Part shown: positions 1 to 9,034 of the stretch, one piece after another | How positions within the stretch are numbered: position 1 is the stretch's first letter | Layout: every line of letters starts with the position of its first letter | Source: a virus | Reading direction: 5' to 3' (one strand) | Length of the DNA: 64,000 bases | Virus record (IMG/VR): IMGVR_UViG_3300045988_139474 | Span: 1 to 64,000 of that record | Notes under the pieces: model-generated | The model's database searches: none | Seen by the model: only the letters and a program-made list of their open reading frames with translations | What the model was told of the DNA's origin: nothing | Translations under genes and position numbers: made by a program

Positions 1-211
1 CATGATTGTCTTTCAGATATTGACGCTTGGCTGCTAGCAGATTCCTGAAGATACGGCGGATTAAGTAGGCTTGAATCGTCTTGCCCTCTTTCGTCTCACC
101 CATCTTGAGCATAAGGGCATGGTGTACCCTCACGGCCTCGAAAACTAGGTCATCATAGCTTGAGGTGATTGATAAGTCAGCCACTATCAATCCAGACAAC
201 CTTGCTCGCAT
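1..211 (-). CDS. hypothetical protein, 3' end runs off the window
   Basis: Minus-strand frame is open from 295 to the window edge. First ATG is at 211 (MRARLSGLIVADL...). Absent from the ORF track because it is truncated. Confidence 0.3.
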   Translation of the reverse strand, partial: MRARLSGLIVADLSITSSYDDLVFEAVRVHHALMLKMGETKEGKTIQAYLIRRIFRNLLAAKRQYLKDNH

Positions 212-295
212 AACAGGGTCAAATGAAGCAGCGTATCGGATAGAATCAAAGCCTGAGTCAAAAATGTATGGCTCAAGGCTCGATTCATTAGGCCT

Positions 296-1246
296 TCAGG
301 CTGGTTGTTTCAACCCAAACAAGTAATAGCCCACGGCATTGTAGTACTCAGCCTGTTCTTTCGGAATCTTGAAGAAAGGGTCAGTAATATCCGACAGGAA
401 ATATGCTCCACCGCCAACAATAAACAGGTTATCAACTTTGTCTAAAATGTCGCCAAACTGGTCTTCAATGATGACTTTCAAATTCCCGATGTAGTCCAAT
501 TTTGCTTCTTGGATGAAGCTTGCTACTTCATAACTCACACCTCTTCGTTTGAAGCTGCCTTCGTTCAGGATTTGTCGGGCTTCAGTCAGGGTCAGATTAA
601 GGCCGTGAGCCTCTTTGACCTTCTCAATCAATGCTGAAGCAATGACGATAGCACCTTGCTTCTCAATACCTCGCAGCATGTTTGCAGAAGTCTTACCATT
701 AACTACATGGCATACATCCAAAGTTAGAAAGCCCACGTCACACAAGACATAGTTCAATTGCGGGTTGAAGTCTTTGCTGACTTGTGGGAATGTAGCACCG
801 TATCGGTCGATAGTCAGCTTGCTGGCTGCGCCTTGAGGTAATACAATCACTCGTACATCCTTGCCTAAGCCTTTGAACAGGTTTTCTACCGTCTCTTTGT
901 AATAGCCTGAATTGCTAACTTGAGCGATAGACAACCCCAAGACAATGATATCAGGCACGGAGATGTCCAAGTCCTTGATAGCCTTGAGCAGGAACAGCGG
1001 TGTCGCTTTCTCAAGGCGTGAGTAGTCGGAGATGTCGATAATGGCTGAGTTTTGAATACCCAATGCTGCATCACCAACATAGAATGAACGGCCTTCGTGC
1101 TCAATCAAGTTCACGTCATTCACCAGCGCATTCTTTTCAACTTGTGCAACGGCTGAGGGAAACTTGAAGATGTTTTTGACGGAATTGCTGTCGCCATAGA
1201 CAACTTTTACATCGCCAAAGCCAGTATCAACTGCTAAAATATTCAT
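296..1246 (-). CDS. ParM/Alp-type actin-like ATPase
   Basis: 316 aa. Actin-fold motifs MNILAVDTGFGDVKV, LCDVGFLTLDV, FIVGGGA and C-terminal NAVGYYLFG are colinear with R1 ParM (IDDGSTNIK / IIDLGGTTLD / VIGGGAE / LVNGMYLIG). Confidence 0.8.
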   Translation of the reverse strand: MNILAVDTGFGDVKVVYGDSNSVKNIFKFPSAVAQVEKNALVNDVNLIEHEGRSFYVGDAALGIQNSAIIDISDYSRLEKATPLFLLKAIKDLDISVPDIIVLGLSIAQVSNSGYYKETVENLFKGLGKDVRVIVLPQGAASKLTIDRYGATFPQVSKDFNPQLNYVLCDVGFLTLDVCHVVNGKTSANMLRGIEKQGAIVIASALIEKVKEAHGLNLTLTEARQILNEGSFKRRGVSYEVASFIQEAKLDYIGNLKVIIEDQFGDILDKVDNLFIVGGGAYFLSDITDPFFKIPKEQAEYYNAVGYYLFGLKQPA

Positions 1247-1263
1247 ATTGTTTTGCCTTTCGT

Positions 1264-1572
1264 TTAAACGGTGAAATTCGCCATGCCTTCGTCAATCTTG
1301 GCCTCACGCTGATTGCCTTCTTCGCCCTCAGTTGACTCGAAGTAGTCATCTTTGACTGTCTTCTGGCCTTTCGGCTGATAAGCAGCAACTGGTTCCATCG
1401 GGGATTCCTCAGGCACTATTTGATGGCGGTGTGGTTCAAACAATCCTTGAGGTACAGTCGATACGGCCTTGACTTCGCCTTTGCGGAGGCTATGCGACTG
1501 ATTCTTGCCTGGTCGTACAAATTCGATATTGACGAATTCAATATCATCTTCGCACTCGATAGTGATTTTCAT
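1264..1572 (-). CDS. hypothetical protein, immediately upstream of the actin-like gene
   Basis: 102-aa ORF on the coding strand, 17 nt from the next start. No recognisable motif. Confidence 0.6.
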   Translation of the reverse strand: MKITIECEDDIEFVNIEFVRPGKNQSHSLRKGEVKAVSTVPQGLFEPHRHQIVPEESPMEPVAAYQPKGQKTVKDDYFESTEGEEGNQREAKIDEGMANFTV

Positions 1573-1582
1573 GTAATTCCTT

Positions 1583-1738
1583 TCATAGGTTAAATCCTGT
1601 AATGATCAAAATTGCGATTATGCAAGCAACATTCATACCACATAGCACCCAATAGGCCGTTGACCACTTTGATTTGACGGCAATAAAGCTGAAGATGCCT
1701 GCATAGATTGAATGAAGCAGAAGTAGCAAGTACAACAT
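1583..1738 (-). CDS. small membrane protein (51 aa, two hydrophobic helices)
   Basis: Hand-translated MLYLLLLLHSIYAGIFSFIAVKSKWSTAYWVLCGMNVACIIAILIITGFNL. ATG lies 5 nt after the ligase stop, preceded by GAGG. Below the track size cutoff. Confidence 0.45.
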   Translation of the reverse strand: MLYLLLLLHSIYAGIFSFIAVKSKWSTAYWVLCGMNVACIIAILIITGFNL

Positions 1739-1742
1739 CGCC

Positions 1743-3533
1743 TCAGCCTTTCAAGATTTCGCTGAATTCCGCCTCAGTTACAATCTTCACACCCAGCTTG
1801 CGGGCTTTTACAGCCTTGCTAGATTGTGCGTCTTTGTCGTCTGTTACCAGATAATGGGCTTTGTTGATAGCAACTTCTGCTACCTTGCTACCCCAGTCAG
1901 CCAGTAATTGATTGCGTGGTTTGCTAAGCTTGCCTGTAAGAGTAACAAAGATTTCGGCTTCCTCTTTCTTAGCAACTTCAGCCAGTACAACGTTGAAGCC
2001 AGTCTCAAAGGCGGATTTGATAAAGTCAAAATTCTCTTCAATAGACTTGGCTGGTACATATGTAGGCAATTCAGCTTCCAGTTCCTTCGGCAATCGGCCT
2101 AATTCTTTCATGCTTGTGAAGAAGTCTTTGCCTGTCTCGGCATAGTATGCGTTGATAATCGCGGTGGCTGTATCGCCTACACCATTTAGATTCATCGCTT
2201 GTAAGAATACAGGCAATGTAATTGTCTTGAGGTTATCCAGCAGTTCATTTCCACGTTGTATGAATGCGGGAGTCAAGACGGCTTCCAGATTGCGGCTATC
2301 AGAGTCAACCAGATTCTTCAGGGCTTGTAGGGTAGTCAGCTGAAAGTGCTCAATCATGGCGTCAATCTTAGCTTCAGCGAAGCCGAAAGGCGCAACAGCA
2401 GTCATCAAAGCCTTAACCATGACTGCTTCGCGGTCGAGTTCATAGGTCAGGTGAACGCCATCCCATTTAGTCGGTTTGCCGTTCCATGTTGTAGGAATGA
2501 TTGCTTCGGTAGATTTGATTGTACCGCACCAATCAGGAATGACTTCATTGGCTTTGGTCACTTGGATGATTGAGCCTTTGCCGATGTTGTTTTCCAAGAT
2601 AGCTTTGAAATTGAAGCCAGAGCACAAGCTGATAACGCTACCAGACATTTCAGTCGGTTGAATGCGGATGACTGGAATCAGACGGCCTTTGTCGGAGGCG
2701 TTAATCTCAACATCTAACACTTCGCATTCATACACTTGAGTAGGAAATTTGACGGCATAGCTGGAACCATCGGCGTTTTGAATAACAACACCGTCAGTCA
2801 AGAACGCATACGCATATTCAGGCTTGTAGTAGTTGAAGAGGCTATCCCCAGAGGTGCGGTCAAGAACCGCTCCAGCGATGAACCGTACAACGTCAAAATC
2901 TGCCGTTAATGCTTGTTTACGCTCAATTGCGTCACCAGCAATATCAGTCTCATAAGCGACAAATTCAATCAGCTCATTCAATTCATTAGGTTTAGCTGTA
3001 TTTGCAAGGCCTGCTACCATATTGCGCACGTTAGCATAGCCCTCAGCCAGTCGGTCTTTTCGGACTACCAGTTCACCGCGCACCCAACTAAGCTTGCCTG
3101 TTAACTCTTCGCTTAATTGCTGTGGAATGTTAGCTTTCGGCAGGTTAGCTGTAACATCATATCCGTATTGCCCGTCATTTCGGGTCAAGACATATTTCAG
3201 ACGGCCTTTGTCGTCATAATACGCAACGGCTGAGATTCCGTCCAGTTTTGAGGATATGCAGTCAACTTCTTCAGCATTGACTGCTTCAGCCCAAGCAGCC
3301 ATCGATTCATGTTTGCGCTTGCTTAACGAACCGACCGTGAAGGAATGTTTGTACTTCTTGAGGTGACTACCAGATTCAGCTTTGTTGCCCCAACCAATCG
3401 TCAAGACTTCTGAATCGGGCTTTTCGGCTCGAAGCTGCTCAACCAAAGCGTCAAATTCAGCGTCAGACATGATAGCTTCGCCATTGTAATAGGCTACAGC
3501 TGCCTGTTTGATTTTGCTTTCTAATGCGTTCAT
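1743..3533 (-). CDS. ligA: NAD-dependent DNA ligase
   Basis: 596 aa. Adenylation motif KxDG (SSKLDGISAV), LigA-like length and domain order, BRCT-like C-terminus (LTGKL...ARKLGVKIVTEAEF). Confidence 0.9.
   Translation of the reverse strand: MNALESKIKQAAVAYYNGEAIMSDAEFDALVEQLRAEKPDSEVLTIGWGNKAESGSHLKKYKHSFTVGSLSKRKHESMAAWAEAVNAEEVDCISSKLDGISAVAYYDDKGRLKYVLTRNDGQYGYDVTANLPKANIPQQLSEELTGKLSWVRGELVVRKDRLAEGYANVRNMVAGLANTAKPNELNELIEFVAYETDIAGDAIERKQALTADFDVVRFIAGAVLDRTSGDSLFNYYKPEYAYAFLTDGVVIQNADGSSYAVKFPTQVYECEVLDVEINASDKGRLIPVIRIQPTEMSGSVISLCSGFNFKAILENNIGKGSIIQVTKANEVIPDWCGTIKSTEAIIPTTWNGKPTKWDGVHLTYELDREAVMVKALMTAVAPFGFAEAKIDAMIEHFQLTTLQALKNLVDSDSRNLEAVLTPAFIQRGNELLDNLKTITLPVFLQAMNLNGVGDTATAIINAYYAETGKDFFTSMKELGRLPKELEAELPTYVPAKSIEENFDFIKSAFETGFNVVLAEVAKKEEAEIFVTLTGKLSKPRNQLLADWGSKVAEVAINKAHYLVTDDKDAQSSKAVKARKLGVKIVTEAEFSEILKG
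3196..3207 (-). other. exact 12-nt AG-type DNA uptake sequence AGGCCGTCTGAA
   Basis: Plus strand TTCAGACGGCCT, inside ligA. Confidence 0.7.
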
Positions 3534-3559
3534 ATAAAATCCTAGTGACAGGGTGTTGA

Positions 3560-3596
3560 TACCTTATATTCTCAACAACCAATCTTAATTTTTCGC
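3560..3596 (-). promoter_or_regulatory. class I phage promoter motif
   Basis: Minus strand GAAAAATTAAGATTGGTTGTTGAGAATATAAGG, ~55 nt upstream of the ligA ATG. Confidence 0.6.
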
Positions 3597-3633
3597 AAAA
3601 ATAAAAGCACCTAACTCAAGGAATCGGGTGCTC
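3597..3633 (-). terminator. rho-independent terminator
   Basis: Minus strand AGCACCC-loop-GGTGCT followed by TTTTATTTTTG, after 3644..4054. Confidence 0.65.
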
Positions 3634-3643
3634 AGCTATCTGG

Positions 3644-4054
3644 TCATTTGCTACATGTGTTCTGCATGCTTTTTGAGTACATGTCGTAGTCAGGAGTGAC
3701 TGTAATCGTGCTGCCTTCAGCCGTCTGAGAGTAGAAAGGATACTGCACTTTCATGTCTGCTAAGCAGCCTGTCTTCAACAGTTGAACGGTTACATGGAAT
3801 TCAGTCTTGAACTCCCTGCTTTCGGCTCGCTTGTATATCACTTTAGCAGGCTGAGACAACTCATTCAATTGCTTCTGGAAGTAGGATTCGGCCTTATTAG
3901 CTGCAAGCCCAGTCAGGATAATAGTTACAGTAGCAATAATCAACGCGCCGATTGGTCTATCTTTTCGTACAAGCAGGAAGATTGCAAGGACTGTTGCTAA
4001 AAATGCGCCTGCGATTACAATTGCAATCCATACGCCTTCTGGATTGAGAATCAT
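3644..4054 (-). CDS. N-terminally membrane-anchored protein, paralog of 4079..4480
   Basis: Starts MILNPEGVW followed by two hydrophobic helices. Same architecture and C-terminal Cys as its neighbour. Confidence 0.75.
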   Translation of the reverse strand: MILNPEGVWIAIVIAGAFLATVLAIFLLVRKDRPIGALIIATVTIILTGLAANKAESYFQKQLNELSQPAKVIYKRAESREFKTEFHVTVQLLKTGCLADMKVQYPFYSQTAEGSTITVTPDYDMYSKSMQNTCSK

Positions 4055-4078
4055 GTTGTTACTCCTTTGTTAGGTTGA

Positions 4079-4480
4079 TTACTTCTTGCAAGCGTGTTCT
4101 AAGGCTTGTTTGTAAAGTGGGAATGTAGGTCTCACGGTTATTGAACCACCTTCAACGACCTCCCTGTAGGAGTTGTAGGTCACTAGCATGTCTGACGTGC
4201 AACCATTCTTAAACGCTAGGGTCAGATAATACTTGTTACCGTATCTTGTAGGCTCAGCCCTCTTGTACTTAACGACCGCTGATTGGGTCAGGGCAGTCAG
4301 TTTAGACTGAAAATGCTTTTCAGCGCGCTCACCCAAGAACCAAACAGTTGAGAAGACAATAATGAAAGAAGCTACTGCCCAGAGTGGCTTGTCTTCTATA
4401 AAATACAGTGCTGTAAAGCCAGCGGACAAGAAAGATAGGATAAAGAATACAAGCCACACTCCTTCAGGATTAAGAATCAT
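4079..4480 (-). CDS. N-terminally membrane-anchored protein, paralog of 3644..4054
   Basis: Starts MILNPEGVW. Shares KRAE...GC..DM.V...Y......G.SITV.P with 3644..4054. Confidence 0.75.
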   Translation of the reverse strand: MILNPEGVWLVFFILSFLSAGFTALYFIEDKPLWAVASFIIVFSTVWFLGERAEKHFQSKLTALTQSAVVKYKRAEPTRYGNKYYLTLAFKNGCTSDMLVTYNSYREVVEGGSITVRPTFPLYKQALEHACKK

Positions 4481-4481
4481 T

Positions 4482-4748
4482 TTAAACCTCCCTCGTGTAA
4501 TGCAAGAAATTGCCGCCCAACTCTAGCTTGTAATGTCGGGTCGTTTCAGGAGCGTTAGCTAAAGCAAGAGCAATAAAAGGGTAACAGTCTTCAGGCAGGG
4601 CAAGGATTGTATCCTCATGCGCTAGGTACACTTTGTTGCCTGACCTTTTAAGGGATTTGATTGACGATACCGGCACCATATGTACCTCGTCAGGCGTAAT
4701 TATGTAAAGCACGCCATTATTTACTTTGGCTGAGTATGGAATATCCAT
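4482..4748 (-). CDS. hypothetical protein, single ~70-aa PH-like module (family E)
   Basis: NNGVLYIITPDEVHMVPVSSIKSL...CYPFIALALANAP matches modules in 4749..5285, 12760..13587, 15327..15935 and 15946..16215. Confidence 0.7.
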   Translation of the reverse strand: MDIPYSAKVNNGVLYIITPDEVHMVPVSSIKSLKRSGNKVYLAHEDTILALPEDCYPFIALALANAPETTRHYKLELGGNFLHYTREV

Positions 4749-5285
4749 TTAAATGTCCTTTTCATCGTAAGGTAGTGATTTCTGCACGTTTTGATAGGCC
4801 TTAACAATGGCTAGGTACATTTCCTCAGGGAATGAAGCTTTTGCGTATTTGCCCCAGTTCCAATATTCAATCTCGGTCTTGCCTTTCGTCAATTTGATTG
4901 TTTTGATACATGAGGCATAGAACCGCGTTGCGCCTTTCTCCGTAAATACCATGAGAATGTCGTCATCACTACCACGCATTTGTATATAAGTTGCGTAAGG
5001 CAAGGAAATTGGAGTTGTGGGCTCAGGTGCTTTCTCAATTTTAGCCGATTCAACCACTGGTCGGTTAGTCGCAGGTGCGCTAGATAAAGCGTCAGCAATC
5101 ATAGCATAGTATTCTCTAGGCAGCTTTATGGTTGAGCGACTGCGTGCGGCATTCGTATAAGTGACCCAAGTCTCGTCACCAGACATAGACAAAGTGATTG
5201 TTTTGGCTGGGAGTGTATACAGGTATGTAGGCGTAGCAATCCAGAGCCAGTTATTGTTCACTCTCGCATAAGGAGGATTCAACAT
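4749..5285 (-). CDS. hypothetical protein, two tandem family E modules
   Basis: NNNWLWIATPTYLYTLPAKTITLS...YYAMIADALSSAP, then ILMVFTEKGATRFYASCIKTIKL...MYLAIVKAYQNV. Confidence 0.75.
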   Translation of the reverse strand: MLNPPYARVNNNWLWIATPTYLYTLPAKTITLSMSGDETWVTYTNAARSRSTIKLPREYYAMIADALSSAPATNRPVVESAKIEKAPEPTTPISLPYATYIQMRGSDDDILMVFTEKGATRFYASCIKTIKLTKGKTEIEYWNWGKYAKASFPEEMYLAIVKAYQNVQKSLPYDEKDI

Positions 5286-5359
5286 TTCTCGGTTTCCTTT
5301 CTTCGTTACCCTCCCAACATCTGTAAGACGTCAGGAGGGATTACAGTCAATATTTCGGC

Positions 5360-6697
5360 TTATTGACGGATTTTCACGGTAGCAGGTACAGGAGCGGCAG
5401 GCACTTCACGCACTACAACCTCTCGTACAACTTCTTTGACTACAACAGGTTGAGCATGAGCTTTAGCAACACCGCCAAATACATAGCTCAGGCCGATAGC
5501 TGCGCCGAAATTACGGCGTGTGTCGTAGTTCAGGCCTGCCTTAGATACCCAACGACCGCTTTCAGAGATATGGCTAACGCCGACAGCAACTGCGCCCTCA
5601 TGTTTGAAACCGCCGACACCCATACCAATGGAGGATTGACCTGGTTGGTAGGCTTGAGGGATGATAGCAATAGCATTCGCGCCTGCTACGCCAGCACGGG
5701 ATTCACGGCGTTGGTCGTGCAAAGCTTTCTCAAAGCCATCTTGACGCGCCAAGAAGCCCTCAGTCAGTTTCTTCAATTCAGCAATCTGAACGTCTTGAGT
5801 TGTATTCCAATTGGTTTGCTGGTTGTTGTACTGGGTAGCAATAGCTTGTACCGTTTCAATCTTGGCTGAATTCTGCTCAATACGGATGGTGTTGTTAGAC
5901 ACCTGACCCGCAACCGCGTACAGCTGAGAACCGTTCACGGCATCAGTTGAAGTTGAGGTTACTTGACCCGCAGCAACGTTTTGCAATTGACGTTCATTAC
6001 CTTTAGAACCGAAAGAAACGGCTGAAGATGGGCGATGACCCGCAAATTTGCCGTATGTTACGCCATTGACTTCTGAAGTTACGGTTTGGGTGACGGTGCT
6101 AGTTGTAGAACCAAAGCCGACAGCCACGTCTTGGTAGTTTTTAGCATGAGCGTTTGTACCGATAGCGGTTGAGAATCGGGATTCCGCAGTCGCACCGCTA
6201 CCAATAGCAGTTGAAGATTGACCTTTAGCAACAGAGGCTTGACCGATAGCGGTAGAATAACCGCCCAAAGCGTTTGCGTGTTGACCGACTGCTACTGATA
6301 CTTCACCCTCAGCTGTAGCGTGAGAACCGCCTGCGAATGAGGCCTTGCCCTTAGCTTGAGTGGCTTTACCGATAGCCGTTGCGCTGTTACCAGTCACGCG
6401 TGAACCGCTACCGATAGCAACGGTCATATTTTCCTCAGAATAGGCCTTAAAGCCTGCTACCACGTTCATGTTACCATAGCTTTCGGCTTGCTGACCGATT
6501 ACAGTTGAAACTTTACCGCCAATTTGGTTGTTTCGACCGATATTTACATGGGATTGACCGACAACGAATTGGTCGTGACCTAATACTACATGGCCTGAGC
6601 CATATACTTCAGTCTTGCCAGTAACATTGACTATGTTTTCGGCCAATACAGGCATTGAGACGGCTGCGATAGCCAATGCGATTACAGAGTGTTTCAT
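5360..6697 (-). CDS. YadA-like trimeric autotransporter adhesin
   Basis: Sec signal MKHSVIALAIAAVSMPVLA; repeated head motifs (STAIG..A.A); neck NVAAGQ..STDAVNGSQLYAV; coiled-coil stalk; C-terminal Gly/Ala-rich beta-barrel anchor (GLNYD...GLSYVF). An extra ~35-aa V/E/P-rich tail follows. Confidence 0.85.
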   Translation of the reverse strand: MKHSVIALAIAAVSMPVLAENIVNVTGKTEVYGSGHVVLGHDQFVVGQSHVNIGRNNQIGGKVSTVIGQQAESYGNMNVVAGFKAYSEENMTVAIGSGSRVTGNSATAIGKATQAKGKASFAGGSHATAEGEVSVAVGQHANALGGYSTAIGQASVAKGQSSTAIGSGATAESRFSTAIGTNAHAKNYQDVAVGFGSTTSTVTQTVTSEVNGVTYGKFAGHRPSSAVSFGSKGNERQLQNVAAGQVTSTSTDAVNGSQLYAVAGQVSNNTIRIEQNSAKIETVQAIATQYNNQQTNWNTTQDVQIAELKKLTEGFLARQDGFEKALHDQRRESRAGVAGANAIAIIPQAYQPGQSSIGMGVGGFKHEGAVAVGVSHISESGRWVSKAGLNYDTRRNFGAAIGLSYVFGGVAKAHAQPVVVKEVVREVVVREVPAAPVPATVKIRQ

Positions 6698-6744
6698 AGT
6701 GTTTTCCTTTCGGGTTAATGTAGCACCATTACGGTGCGGGATTT

Positions 6745-7671
6745 TTAGTCAGTTGTAATAACCATGCCTTTTCGGGCTGCTTCGTCAAGATACCCTTGAT
6801 TTGAGTTAACAAATCGCAGGTAACTGTCGGCTTTCTTGTAGAACGCTTCAAACAACGCAACTACAAGCTCCCTTTGAGTTCTGCGGGCTTCGTCTAATGG
6901 CGGTGAGAAAAGATTGTAAATATGGCCTACAGCCTCTGCCATATTTTCGGTCATACCGCCTAAGGCTCGGAATAGTACTTTGCCGTCTTGATAGACAACA
7001 GGCCAGCATGAGCCGTTTCCGTATGGGTTATCAAGCACCATGAATTGCTTCGTGTCGGTAATAGTGCAGCCGTTAATCTCCAAACGCGGCATGTCGAGGA
7101 TAACTTCACCGCCGACAGTAGCATTGACAAGGTCGCAAGATACCTGTGCTGAGTCTTTCAGGGTGGACTGGATTAGCGTTGCACCGCGATATGCTCGTGA
7201 AACACCCGATACTCGACAGCCACTCACGTCTGAGCCGTTAATCTCGCTCATGCCCTCAATAGTGCTGCGTTGAACGACACTTTGATTGACGACCATTGAA
7301 CTGCCTTGAACCGTTGAACTTCCACGGACAATCGAATCAATCACGCTTGCGCTTCCTTTTACTGTACTGCCTTGTACTAAAGCATGGCCTGAGATAAATG
7401 CGTTATCCCAGATTCTAGCACCCTCAATAGCAGTGGCATCTTCAAAAATCCAAGATTCGCCACAAGGGGAAAGAACCTCTGGACTGTCGACAATACCGCC
7501 GATTGTTCCTTTCGGGATAAAGCCGTTGATATCTTTGAGTGCGCGGATACGGTAACGACCGCTAACATTTGTATGATTGAGTGAAATCAGCTCATACTTA
7601 TCACCCACTCGACAACCGTGCCACCCACCGTTGCCTTCTTGGACGTGTTGATGTAGGATTAACTTAGACAT
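6745..7671 (-). CDS. hypothetical protein with beta-helix-like repeats
   Basis: 308 aa. Iterated short repeats (GSTVKGSASVIDSIVRGSSTVQGSSMVVNQSVVQRSTIEG). Confidence 0.75.
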   Translation of the reverse strand: MSKLILHQHVQEGNGGWHGCRVGDKYELISLNHTNVSGRYRIRALKDINGFIPKGTIGGIVDSPEVLSPCGESWIFEDATAIEGARIWDNAFISGHALVQGSTVKGSASVIDSIVRGSSTVQGSSMVVNQSVVQRSTIEGMSEINGSDVSGCRVSGVSRAYRGATLIQSTLKDSAQVSCDLVNATVGGEVILDMPRLEINGCTITDTKQFMVLDNPYGNGSCWPVVYQDGKVLFRALGGMTENMAEAVGHIYNLFSPPLDEARRTQRELVVALFEAFYKKADSYLRFVNSNQGYLDEAARKGMVITTD

Positions 7672-7686
7672 TCATGTCTCCTATGA

Positions 7687-7968
7687 CTAATTAACTCGCA
7701 TGAGAGATTCCATATTTGTTTCGGCCTTTTTCTCTTCCTTTGAGGCTTCAACGGCTTTCGCACCCGCCACGAAGATTGCGAACATTTGAGCGGTATCCAA
7801 TTTGCGATAAGCAAAGAAGTCACCGCGCAATGGATGTTCTGCTTGTTCTTCTTCACTCATGGCGTAGTATTCCAGTTGAATCTCAGGGTCAAATCCCCAT
7901 TCTTCTGCTTTACGCACCATGAATTCTTCAAAGGCTTCCAGATATTTGTTAACACTCAAATCGTCCAT
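7687..7968 (-). CDS. hypothetical protein
   Basis: 93-aa ORF downstream of class I promoter 8005..8034. Confidence 0.65.
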   Translation of the reverse strand: MDDLSVNKYLEAFEEFMVRKAEEWGFDPEIQLEYYAMSEEEQAEHPLRGDFFAYRKLDTAQMFAIFVAGAKAVEASKEEKKAETNMESLMRVN

Positions 7969-8004
7969 TTCAATACTCCAGTGATAATTGGTTGTTTATA
8001 GGGT

Positions 8005-8034
8005 ATAGTCTCAATCGCCAATCTTAATTTTCTT
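8005..8034 (-). promoter_or_regulatory. class I phage promoter motif
   Basis: GAAAATTAAGATTGGCGATTGAGACTATACC, upstream of 7687..7968. Confidence 0.6.
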
Positions 8035-8035
8035 G

Positions 8036-8395
8036 TTACCAAGAAACTCTGTCAACCACCCGGCCGTAATACTGAATTGTATCCCAATCAATTTCAAAGC
8101 CGTCTGCCTTCAGCCTTTTAGCTAATTGCGCTTGGTCGATTATTGAGGCGATGTAGATAGTGGCGGAGGCTGATCCCTTCTTGTAATGATGATATGAATG
8201 GTCTAAATAAACCAGCTCAGAGTGTGCTCCAGAATCTTCCCATCTCAAGTCCAAGTCAGATGCGCCTTTAGCAGCGATTTCTTGTATGATGCCTAGTAGT
8301 CTTTCATACATCTCATCTGGAGCGCGTTTCTGGAATTCAGCTGTAGCTTGTCGGGCAATATCTGCGGCTTTCGGCTCGGATTTAAATTTTATCAT
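8036..8395 (-). CDS. family A small protein (~115-aa paralog family)
   Basis: Family pattern ...MYERLLGIIQEIAAKGASDLDLRW...LAKRLKADGFEIDW...VVDRVSW. Confidence 0.75.
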   Translation of the reverse strand: MIKFKSEPKAADIARQATAEFQKRAPDEMYERLLGIIQEIAAKGASDLDLRWEDSGAHSELVYLDHSYHHYKKGSASATIYIASIIDQAQLAKRLKADGFEIDWDTIQYYGRVVDRVSW

Positions 8396-8405
8396 ACTAT
8401 TCCTC

Positions 8406-8663
8406 CTAATTGTCTAACAAATCTTCAGGCGACGTAACAAATATGCAAACCAGAGAATTTGAGCCTTCTACAAACTCAAACCAAATGATTGCGTTATAAT
8501 TACCATACTTTCGGTAAAACTCTGCGGAGTTTTTACACTCACGTGCCTTGTAGTCGTCATCATACCAGTTATACATCTCACGGGCACGGCTCATCATAGG
8601 ATAAACATGGTCGATATGATATATGCTACCGTTCAACATCTCCATGGCTTCTTCGCTTGTCAT
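8406..8663 (-). CDS. hypothetical protein
   Basis: Start moved to ATG 8663 (MTSEEAMEML), preceded by AAGGAAG and directly after the upstream stop. Confidence 0.6.
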   Translation of the reverse strand: MTSEEAMEMLNGSIYHIDHVYPMMSRAREMYNWYDDDYKARECKNSAEFYRKYGNYNAIIWFEFVEGSNSLVCIFVTSPEDLLDN

Positions 8664-8673
8664 AATAGCTTCC

Positions 8674-9024
8674 TTATTTATCCCACATGATATAGCCTGC
8701 GAGTTCACACGTATCCCCCCAGTAATCGACTGTGAAGCCTTCCTCGCTCAACCAGCGGCATATTTGGCTGAAATCGACTGTTCCGTGATCAATATACACT
8801 TTAGCGAGAAGGCCATGATAACGGATGCGTTTAGTAGTAACTTTTATTTCCTCGTTGTAGTCATTATCCCACCAAACTTGTAAACCAGCTGCACCTTGAC
8901 TTGAGAATTCTTCAATAATAGACTTAAAACGGTCTTGAATGCTCATGCCTTGTTCTGCAATAGCTTTCTTGTAACAAGATTTGGTACGCTCACCAAAGCT
9001 TAGATTCTCTTTTGAGCTTTCCAT
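8674..9024 (-). CDS. family A small protein
   Basis: Start moved to ATG 9024 (MESSKENL; SD AAGGAAA). Pattern ...FKSIIEEFSSQGAAGLQVWW...WLSEEGFTVDYW...GYIMWDK. Confidence 0.7.
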   Translation of the reverse strand: MESSKENLSFGERTKSCYKKAIAEQGMSIQDRFKSIIEEFSSQGAAGLQVWWDNDYNEEIKVTTKRIRYHGLLAKVYIDHGTVDFSQICRWLSEEGFTVDYWGDTCELAGYIMWDK

Positions 9025-9034
9025 ACGATTTCCT

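Noticed and set aside
211-296. The frame downstream of the ParM-like stop (TGA at 296-298) stays open in the same frame to the window edge, suggesting stop-codon read-through or a fusion.
   Set aside because: Only ~28 extra open codons separate the stop from the first ATG (211), which is not improbable by chance (about 1 in 4). There is no recoding signal. The downstream sequence is annotated as a separate low-confidence partial CDS.
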